39,756 nt of DNA from Salisapilia sapeloensis CBS 127946 (lineage: Eukaryota > Protista > Oomycota). The translations under genes and the position numbers were made by a program. The notes under the pieces are model-generated. The model made no database searches, had not been told where the DNA came from, and saw only the letters and a list, made by a program, of their open reading frames with translations. Positions 9,572 through 18,670 of the stretch are shown here, piece by piece (the first letter of the stretch is position 1; each line of letters opens with the position of its first letter). Location of the stretch: NCBI GenBank assembly GCA_023334545.1, contig JAADVB010000176.1, forward strand, positions 1 to 39,756. Reading direction: 5' to 3'.

Positions 9572-12535
9572 ATGCCGGAGATTCATCGGCGACATCGTAC
9601 TGGGTCGTATAGTGACGAGGACGACCATGTGAATGTGGCACCGCCCACTATCCGTCCAGTCACGCATGGCATATTCCGATCCTGCTCTTCCTATAAGCAG
9701 TGTCTTGCAATCGTACAAGAACGCTTTCGTCAGCTACATTCCTGTCGAATAGGCCAAAGGATTCGATTACTATCTCTTATCTACGCCTACTTTGGGTTGC
9801 CGGTCTTTGGTCGTATACTCAATGTCGTTCGATACGGTCGTCGATTTACGCTGCGTACGATGCTCCAAGGCATCGTCGCTGGGTTCCTACAGGACGTAGC
9901 CATCTTTTGCCAAGCAGGCACACTTGTCGTGCTCACGAAACTGCTTATCCAGTATTCGTTCCAACCACACCGTCCTCATGCTTCACACCATCGAAATGAC
10001 GACTATCCTGCTAGTCTAGAGCATCAACTAGCAACCGTGTCGAGAGTACGCAAGCCATCTGCTGATTACCATAGCACGACGTCGTCCGATTCAACTGCAG
10101 AAGACACCGACTTTGAAACAGCAGAGCTCTTAGGCAGTCGATCATCCAATGTGGCTATTGCTCCCTTATCCTCTACCTCCACTCCAACTATCCAGTCCAT
10201 GTTTATGCATTCCATGGCAAAAGGTTGTCTCCATGCAGTCGCATGGATCCTTCTATTCGCCATTAGCCTCTTTTCTACTGTCTTTAGTGTAGCCGACTTT
10301 TGTTTGCTCGTGACGTTGCATCCAGGTGTCAATCGTGCTTTTGTCGAGATCTTTTTCAACCACATTGCACAGTTCACCGCGTCTCTCTTTGACGATGAAG
10401 TGCTTACACCGACCGTTGTGACGTTCTGGCTAGTCTACATCATCTTAATCCTAGTCTTGACACACGCGTACGTCCATCATACCATTCCTCTCCTACCAGA
10501 AATTCTTGGCTTGACATCCCACCGACTTGCTCGTCGATCATCATCAAACTGCTTAAATAAACGAAAGAATTCGTCTACACTCCCGCACATATCAACAGAC
10601 GAAGAGACTTTACCGCAAGAGATGTCCTTGTATGAAACGTACTGGTCAGGGGCACAGCAACGACGGTCGAGTCGACGCAGTACCTTTACACTACCTCCCT
10701 CCGCTATCTGTGCCGACTGCACCAAGTCCACAGTAGACCGATCATACCCTTCCGTATTCACTGCGCCAAAGCAGGTCGCTCGTGTCATCAGTCGTTGTGT
10801 TCTTGTGTCGTGTATACTGTCTGTAGGTGCTTTGCTTGTGTCCTTCGCAGCTTGGACATATGACTCCGACATGAAGCTCATGTCCAATGCTGTGTATATG
10901 CTGCAAGTAGAGCCTCTGTTTGCTCGAGACACTGGGCTAGAACTAGATACGATCAACTGCACTAGTGCCTCGACGACGCTACTATCGACGTTGAGTCGGA
11001 ATGAAAAGTACTCTGTAGATGCGTATGGTAATGATGACCGCTGTGCATTGTTATGGCGAAAGACGACGGATGTCAGTGGCGAAACATGGTTCGACCTGGA
11101 CTGGAAACAATCGTCTGAGCATGCATCAAATGACACGACGGACGCAGTGGAAGCGAAACCACCCAACATACTTGTTTTGAATATGGAATCCTGGAGATCG
11201 TTAGATGTTGGAGTGCTTGGTGGAGCATCTACCAAGGCGAGTACTGGTCAAAGCGCCACACCTCGCTTTGATGCATTGTCACAAGACGGTGTCCTCTACA
11301 CCAAACACTACACGCAATGTGTCCAGACGACACGAACGTTGCTAACCATGTTATTCGGGATGCTGCCTTCCTGTACCGAGACGACAGCTTTAAAGACGTA
11401 CGGAACGTCATTAAACGTCCAAGGTCTTCCTCACTTTTTAAAAGATAAAGGCTACTATAACTTGTTTTGGAGTGCTGTGGATTTACGATGGGAGTACTGG
11501 GACGAGTTTCTCCTTATGAACGGCTTCGATGCACTTGTTGGCGACACTCGTCTGCGAGAGATGCTGCATCAAAGTCGGAACTATGTCGATACGTCAGATG
11601 ACCATTTCTCCTGGGGTATACACGACCACTTGTCTTTTGAAATGCTGCTGCATACGATAGAAAGTGCTGCGAATACGTCTGACGCAGCGGATCGAGAGGA
11701 TGGATGGCAAAAGGAATTAGGACAGATGCAAGCGCCATACTTTATCGACATGTATACGATCACGAGTCATAATCCATGGGCCTTACCGGACTTTTACAAC
11801 CCACCAGACCTGTCAGCCTTGTACACTCGGTTTAATAAACGGTATATCGACGCCATGCGCTTTTCGGATGAGATGCTTGGAGACTTTATCGACGAGTTAC
11901 GTCGACGTGGATTGATGAAGAACACGATTGTGATTATCCAAGGTGACCACGGGTACGGTCGAATGGAACATGATACGAACCCTTCCATCGCCGACTCGGC
12001 AGTCTATGATGAGGCGACGCACGTACCGTTCTTAATACTAGCAGACGACTACTTGAAGGAGGAGGAGAAAGGGATGCGAGTGGATCAACTGTCGATGCAG
12101 TCAGATTTGATGCTGACGATCGCAGACATCGTCGGTGTATCTCCTGACGATCCATTGTGGCAACATGGAGTCGGTCATTCGATGAAACGAAAGGAGCAAG
12201 GTCGGAACGTCGTCTTATGTAACCCTTTCAACGGTATGACCCAAGGCGTTCGGACGGAAGATCAGAAGTACACTTTCTTCGATGACAAGTCATATAAAGT
12301 CTTTCAAATGGACTCGGATCCGTTGGAAAAGAGTCCTGTTGAAGCTGGGTTTGACGTTGATGCGATGCAAGATGATACGAAAGCCATGCACGACTTTGCC
12401 CAGGAGCAAGTACAGCTACACCAGTTTCTCTACACATCGAACAAATTCGTTGCCGAGTACCCGCTAGCAGGAAAGAGTGTACCTCCTAGCACGAACCGGT
12501 CGGATGATGTGTCGAGGCTACGGAAACACCAGTAG
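9572..12535 (+). CDS. Multi-pass membrane protein with an alkaline-phosphatase/sulfatase-superfamily domain, LTA-synthase (LtaS)/phosphoglycerol transferase MdoB-like, 987 aa
   Basis: Several N-terminal hydrophobic helices, then PPNILVLNMESW (metal-binding Glu), CVQTTRTLLTMLFG (putative Thr nucleophile), WGIHD, YTITSHNPW, YIDAMRFSDEMLGDFI and IIQGDHG, matching the LTA-synthase-family motif order. Confidence 0.88.
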   Translation: MPEIHRRHRTGSYSDEDDHVNVAPPTIRPVTHGIFRSCSSYKQCLAIVQERFRQLHSCRIGQRIRLLSLIYAYFGLPVFGRILNVVRYGRRFTLRTMLQGIVAGFLQDVAIFCQAGTLVVLTKLLIQYSFQPHRPHASHHRNDDYPASLEHQLATVSRVRKPSADYHSTTSSDSTAEDTDFETAELLGSRSSNVAIAPLSSTSTPTIQSMFMHSMAKGCLHAVAWILLFAISLFSTVFSVADFCLLVTLHPGVNRAFVEIFFNHIAQFTASLFDDEVLTPTVVTFWLVYIILILVLTHAYVHHTIPLLPEILGLTSHRLARRSSSNCLNKRKNSSTLPHISTDEETLPQEMSLYETYWSGAQQRRSSRRSTFTLPPSAICADCTKSTVDRSYPSVFTAPKQVARVISRCVLVSCILSVGALLVSFAAWTYDSDMKLMSNAVYMLQVEPLFARDTGLELDTINCTSASTTLLSTLSRNEKYSVDAYGNDDRCALLWRKTTDVSGETWFDLDWKQSSEHASNDTTDAVEAKPPNILVLNMESWRSLDVGVLGGASTKASTGQSATPRFDALSQDGVLYTKHYTQCVQTTRTLLTMLFGMLPSCTETTALKTYGTSLNVQGLPHFLKDKGYYNLFWSAVDLRWEYWDEFLLMNGFDALVGDTRLREMLHQSRNYVDTSDDHFSWGIHDHLSFEMLLHTIESAANTSDAADREDGWQKELGQMQAPYFIDMYTITSHNPWALPDFYNPPDLSALYTRFNKRYIDAMRFSDEMLGDFIDELRRRGLMKNTIVIIQGDHGYGRMEHDTNPSIADSAVYDEATHVPFLILADDYLKEEEKGMRVDQLSMQSDLMLTIADIVGVSPDDPLWQHGVGHSMKRKEQGRNVVLCNPFNGMTQGVRTEDQKYTFFDDKSYKVFQMDSDPLEKSPVEAGFDVDAMQDDTKAMHDFAQEQVQLHQFLYTSNKFVAEYPLAGKSVPPSTNRSDDVSRLRKHQ

Positions 12536-12787
12536 AGGTACGAGTGAAAGGAGAAGCGTCCGGTCGTACGGGAAAAAGTTGATTTTGAATAAATACTTTA
12601 CAATGGCTGGTCGGTCATGATACCATGGCATGGTCGACGAGCTTTTTGTCTATCGAGAACGACGAAGGAGGTGGCGTGTACTTTTTAATTGGAGACTGTG
12701 GCGGATCCCTTGGAGGTGAAAAAGCCCTTCTGGTCTCGTCCGTTCCGATCAAAGCTCCCATCTACTAGATCGAGTTGGTATTACCTT

Positions 12788-13215
12788 TCAAGCACGCAAT
12801 AGAGAAAATATACATGACGCGTATGGTCCGATGGTCGGCATCCCATGCGTACTATGCGATCGACTGTGTCGACGCAATGGGGTCGACATGTCCGATTCGG
12901 TCGAGTCCTACCATTTGCTTCCGTTACACTTGCAAATACATGGAAATAGATACCAAAGTCTCGTACTCGTCCGCTTTCATGAAGTTCCTCTGGGATCGGT
13001 GATAGCATAAATGGTCTCAAGGAAGGCCAATTGAAGCCACTGGAGCTATCTTCGCTCACGTTCTTCTCACCAACACCGTAGCGCAGCCATCGGGCTTGTG
13101 AAAGTTGCACCGACCTTCGGTACTGAATATAACGATAGAGCCACACGATTAGTAGCATGACAAAGGAGATGCCGAGTAGCAGCATGCCGCCTGCGACCAG
13201 CGTCAGTTCCACCAT
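12788..13215 (-). CDS. Small single-pass membrane protein of unknown function; predicted exons 13215-12967 and 12907-12788 (unspliced ORF ends at 12781)
   Basis: N-terminal hydrophobic helix LVAGGMLLLGISFVMLLIVWLY followed by basic RYIQYRR. A 59-nt GTACGA...TAG intron (12966-12908) keeps the frame (phase 0) into DSTESDMSTPLRR...LLRA*. Confidence 0.6.
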
Positions 13216-14062
13216 TTGTAAGGATGCAATGAAGGTCGGTCTGAAGTCGAGTGCGGAAGGGAACGGCTGACGGCGGGATTAGTAGCACAATAGAAACAGC
13301 TTGGAGGATACTCTGGTCGCCTCGAGGCAGTTGGATCGGTTTCGCGTGGGGAATATTCGACCGATTGTTCACTGGGTAAAATCGAATACGAGTGAAAATG
13401 ATTGGTAGAAATTAAAAAGAGTCTAGCTCTCTCTAGATGCATCGAAAGCTCAGGGAGCGTCGCGCGTTGTCTATGTTTCCAATGAGCTTGTTTAGAAGAG
13501 GTAAAGTTCTGGTCTGCACCGGAAGAAGAAAGCACGCAATGTATATGAAAACACGAACATGTCAGCAGGATTTCATGATCAAAAGACCTGAGTAGATTTC
13601 CTCCTACTCATTCCTACTGCATTTTCTATAGAAGCATCGTCCGGATACCTTTGTATCAAAGTTTTCTACAGCAGATGGGCGAGCGTTTGCGGCATCTACA
13701 AAACATTGATGTCACAAGCAGCGCAATTATAATCCAAACTACTACGATGTACCTTCAACGTCAAGATGACAAGCTTCTTCCGATCCTGAAGCACATTGCA
13801 AGCTTCAGTCCTGTGCAAGTCAAAAATAGATGCAACACGTCAGTGAATAATGTGGTATCATACTGGTGCAATTCTGGTACACTTCCGTCTCCGAAACGAC
13901 GCGACGATGCTGCCTCGTACCATACTTTAGTCAAGTCAACAAAAAAGAACTTCTTTTCGATACTAAAACCAAGTAAATCCAGAAGAATGACAAGCATCCA
14001 ACATTCTTCCTCGGACACTTATTCCAATTAAGTCACTTCTCGATTGTACTCATACCCCCAAG

Positions 14063-14966
14063 ATGGATATTGGAGCTCACTGCGCTGTTGGTCAATGCCA
14101 CCAACAGGACTTTCTGCCATTCACATGCGACTGTTGTGGCAGTGTCTTTTGCCTCGAGCATCGGAGCTACGAAGCACACGAATGCCCGAACGCTGGAGTC
14201 AAAGATAGACGTGTCTTGCACTGTCCTCTATGCCAGCAATCGGTGCCATGGACATCGGACCAGGATGCCAACGAGGTTTGGGATGCACACGTACGTAGTG
14301 GAAACTGTGAGTCCAAGGCTACGACTGGTAGAACGACACAAGGCACCAAAAAACCCAAAAAAGCACGCTGTGCTGCAGACAAATGTCGAGAGATTCTCGT
14401 TACAGCGAATAAATATCACTGTCCCAAGTGCAGTAAAGACGTATGTCTTCGCCATCGCTTCGAGACGGACCATGCATGTGTTCCGACGTCGAGGAATGCA
14501 CCAGGACGACGTGGAGGCGGAAATAATCCAGTTGCTGCCGCAGCACAAGCGAGGATGGCAGCCAATAAAGCGTACAACGGAGCCAAGTCCACCGTCACAT
14601 CGTTCATGCAGACAGCCAGAGTGCGTGGATAATCACTTGATAGAGCAACCGAATAGAATTCAGCTTGAAACTTATACATCGTTATGATACATTTCTATGT
14701 AGGAAGCATCTACTTCTGTGGAAGGCAATGAGGTATGTCCCATATGCAGCCAACGGTTTAAGGACGTGGGTGCGCTCGTCGAACACGCCAGTTCAGCCCA
14801 TCCTGATGGAAGCAGCAATCGACCGGCAAATGCGACTGAAACGTGTCCTCAATGCCGACAGTCGTTTGCAGACGTCGCGACGCTTATCTCGCATGTCGAA
14901 AGTGCCCATTCATCGACCTCACGACGTGCTTCTACGAGTCGAGATGATAGCTGTAGCGTCATGTAA
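14063..14966 (+). CDS. AN1-type zinc-finger protein (2x AN1 + 2x C2H2; SAP11/13- or ZFAND2-like) with C-terminal CaaX; exons 14063-14620 and 14703-14966
   Basis: CAVGQCHQQDFLPFTCDCCGSVFCLEHRSYEAHEC and CAADKCRE..CPKCSKDVCLRHRFETDHAC (AN1). An 82-nt phase-0 intron GTGCGT...TAG (14621-14702) joins C2H2 fingers CPICSQRFKDVGALVEHASSAH and CPQCRQSFADVATLISHVESAH; ends SCSVM*. Confidence 0.9.
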
Positions 14967-15033
14967 ATAGTGGAAATGCAAAACGCTTCAAGCAAAAGTG
15001 CTGATATAAATTGTACGAACGATGTAAACTTCT

Positions 15034-18000
15034 CTAGCTTCCAGATGCCTTCAACAGCGCAGATACATGGGAAGCACACGACCTTGCAAGAGAGCCGTAG
15101 GTTAGCAACTCATTGTCCAATTCACGATTGTGTAGCTGAGCTGCGTGGTGAAAGTTGGACGTCCGAGGCCATCGCTTGGCGTTGACAGGTTTCGGTCGCT
15201 GGGCCTTATCCGGCTCGATGTTATAACCTCCTTCCAATACCGATACCACTCGTCCTTCGCAGCAACTACAGATGTATAATTAATATATAAACAGATCCGA
15301 TAGTATACATGAGACGCACTCATCTGCGACTTGTGTCAGTTCATCGGTCACCCATCCATAGTCGTCTTCGCTCAAGTAGTAGTAGAAGTCATCTGCATGT
15401 CCATCGAACCCAGCCGAGAGGAACACGAGATCTGGGTTGAACTCACGCAGTGCAGGCAATAGTTTCTCCGAGATGACCTTTCGAAATTCATTCGACGCTC
15501 GTTGCATCAACTCTCGCTTGGCTCGACTCGATAACTTGAGTCGTTCTTCGAGAAACTCTGGTCCAAGTACATTCAAAGGCAAATTCAAAATGTTCTTCCG
15601 ATCCCGTAGCTCTGGTGTACACCCGTGTGGACCTTTACCTGATCCAGGATAAAACTCTTCATCGTCAAACAAGTGTATGGATGCAAAGAAGACGTTTTCA
15701 AGATCATTTTCGTCTCGCCACGGACGATAGCTATCAAACTCAACAGGTGCCCAACTCGGTGGTAGCGGGTACTTTTGTCGATGAGGGATCAAGTTGCGTA
15801 CACATTCTTCCGTGCCATTGCCATGGTGAATGTCAAAATCGACAATAGCAATCTTCTGGATCGTTGTCGTCTTCTTCCGGTCGTCACCATTCGCATGACT
15901 CAGCGAACGTACGGGAGCATACGTCGCACCATGTTGGTAGTAGTACAAAGCATACGCAGCACCAATGCATACGTTATTAAGGAGGCAAAAGCCACATGTA
16001 CACATGTCTGGACGAGACTCGAGTCCGTCGTGTAGAACGCTACCATTTGGACCTGCGTGATGACCAGGCGGTCGGACCACAACAAATGCATTCCTTGTTT
16101 CTTGACGCAGCACCTTGTCGACTGCATAGCAGACGGATCCAGCCGCTAGTTTCGCTGCTTCATAGCTACTTTGACTAATGGGCGAGTCACTATCAAAGCT
16201 GCCACCTGACGGGAGCTCTTGCTCTTCATTGCAGACTTTTGCATGCTCCGTCGACATCCAGTCCTTTACCTTCAGTGGCTTGGTCATGCTATCATGCAAA
16301 GGTCCGACAAGTCGATTCACGTCCTGCTTTTGTAAGTTCTGACATGCCTTATCCAAGTGACGAATGTACTCTGGCGTATGAACACGTAGCAAGTCTGTGA
16401 TTTTAGCTGGCTTGAGTTCGTCCAGATTTGCCCATGTAAGGTTCTTAAACCGGTCTTTAAGGAGCACACCATCCGGTCCACATAAGACATGCAGTCGACG
16501 ACGATTCTCCTGATGATTGTCCGTGTGATGGTCCAGACACGTGGGCTGGTACACGAGCAACGTCCCTGATGGTTCATTTTCGAACTTCTTGAGAAACTGC
16601 TGATAGTCTCGTCGTCGAGGTACTTTATTTCGAGTCTTGGTATTGTCCTGCTTTCGAGTCGACGGAGGTGAATAAGCTGACGACTCAGTCGACGACGAGG
16701 AAGGTGAGTTGTCCATGACCTCGACTTGGCGCTGTGGCGGAGGAGAGAAAACTTTTTCCTGTGTCATTCGATTCAATGGGGTTCCACAACGGTCGGATAG
16801 AGGGATAGCGCCTACTAACGCACGCTTTGTATGTGCCGTCGGGACGGATACTTTCAACTCGTCTTCATCTTCACTTTCACTCCCTAAGATAGCAGAGATA
16901 CGTAGTCTATCTGGTGTCCTGTTAATCGTTCCGGAGGAAAGTGTCCGACTGGTATTAGTCGACGCTGCTTTATCAGGTGTATTGGTGGTAAAGGACGATG
17001 GCGCTGACACTGGCGCGGAACGTTTCGGCATTTTTCTCGATGGGATACTTGAAGCTAAAGAAGACTGCATCACTTGGTCATTGACATTCGCTTCAGACTT
17101 GATAGCACAGTTTCTCTGATGTATATGTGGTCTAGCAGTCTTCTCATTCTTTATCGGTGGACTGACATTCGCCTTTTTGTCTTTTGCCGTACTACTACTC
17201 TGTTTTTTGCCAGTATAGTCTGTAAAGTGCTTGCTAACTTCACGCATGCGGTTCTGGCACTGCATGGCAGCCATCTGAATGTCCTTTTGGGCCTGTGATA
17301 GCGTAGAATACTCTTTTTCTCGATTTATCACACTCTCCAAAGTAGTTGGCACTTGGCGACTTGATCGAGAGGGCACTGGTTGAGGACTACTTGCTTGTAC
17401 AGGTGATTTATGCTCGTCGTTCTTACTATGGTTGACTGCTTTTGAAGTTATACTTCGATGCACTGGCTGCTTTGTACCATCGACAGAGTCCTTGATGCGT
17501 CGAGTTGGTTCTTTGCTTCGATGATCTAAACTATTGTTTTCCAATGCATTATCAGCTTTCCGCTTCCCTTTCCGAGACTTTGCGTTTCGGATCGTCACGG
17601 ACAGATCCGATGGATTGGCGACCGCATGTCTCTTGCCCTCAGAGTGACGTTGCTGACCATCACTCTTCGAAGTAGACAATCCAGCTACGCGCAAAGACGG
17701 CTTTGGAGCAGAACTAGACTGCATCGAAGTACTCGAATGATACGTGTGTACGACCGGGCGATTGGCAGTAGTCGTCGATGCTTGAGATTTGGACACCATG
17801 CCGTGTGTCGAATGATAGTCTAGACGATTTAGAAACGAGTTTGATCCATTCGATCGATCACCAGTAGCTCGTAAAGGAGATGTTAATGGCGCAGGTGGAC
17901 TTGAAATTGGCGTTCGGAAGGATAAACTGGGAGGTACTGCATTTGTCTGCTGAGACGAATCCATCCGAGATGGAGGAGATAGTGGTGAAGATAAATCCGA

Positions 18001-18120
18001 CTCGATCGATGCTGTTCTCGGTCGAGCGACCTGTGATCTCGGATGGCTCGATGCTTTTGAACTCGATCTGCTGCTACCATGTGGTGACGAGCTTGAGCTC
18101 GTGGACGGTTGTCGCCACAT
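15034..18120 (-). CDS. Zn-dependent histone deacetylase (class II/Hos3-like) with a long disordered N-terminus; exons 18120-15320 and 15265-15034
   Basis: Catalytic motifs VRPPGHHAG, GFCLLNNVCIGAAYA, IVDFDIHHGNGT and LSAGFDGH. A 54-nt intron GTGCGT...TAG (15319-15266) joins CCEGRVVSVLEGGY, which contains the catalytic Tyr. Confidence 0.92.
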
Positions 18121-18670
18121 TATTCTTCAGCCTAGCTTAACTTCGTGATCAGCGAGGTCGAATGTTTTTGACTCGGAATTTCGATACGAGCGATTGCGTG
18201 AACGCATCACTGAAGCGATCAGCGTGATTATGTAAGCGAATGGAGAACCAGATATCAGGCCAGTCGAGACATACTTAGTGCAAGTCGAAAGAAGCCGGTG
18301 CATGTATTTAAAGTATAGCACGGCTATATCTAGACACTTGCAATGAAGAAGAGCCTAAAAGGTTCATGGAATTGGTAGTTTTCACAACTTTATTCACATG
18401 CAATCATTTCTGGAGCTCCAAATTTGTATTACAATTCTAAAAAGTCTGTAAAAATACGTCTGAGAGATCATCTAAATAGACGTCCTTCGCTACTTCCTTC
18501 TTGGATCGAATAAAAGAAGGCTACTTTCATGGGATAAACTTCTATCAACAGGATAAAATGCGCATTACTTTTTGACCAACTACACCATATCTATGGATCT
18601 GTACCATGCTGGTACCAATCATTTTGGCGCGAAACACAGTAAAATACTCCTCTCCTCCGTCATTCGAATC

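Noticed and set aside
13780-13930. In-frame TGA after a predicted splice (…CTRIAPD*SLQC…) as possible selenocysteine
   Set aside because: No CxxU/UxxC or known selenoprotein context, the exon chain is uncertain, and the nearest downstream hairpin lacks the SECIS GA quartet.
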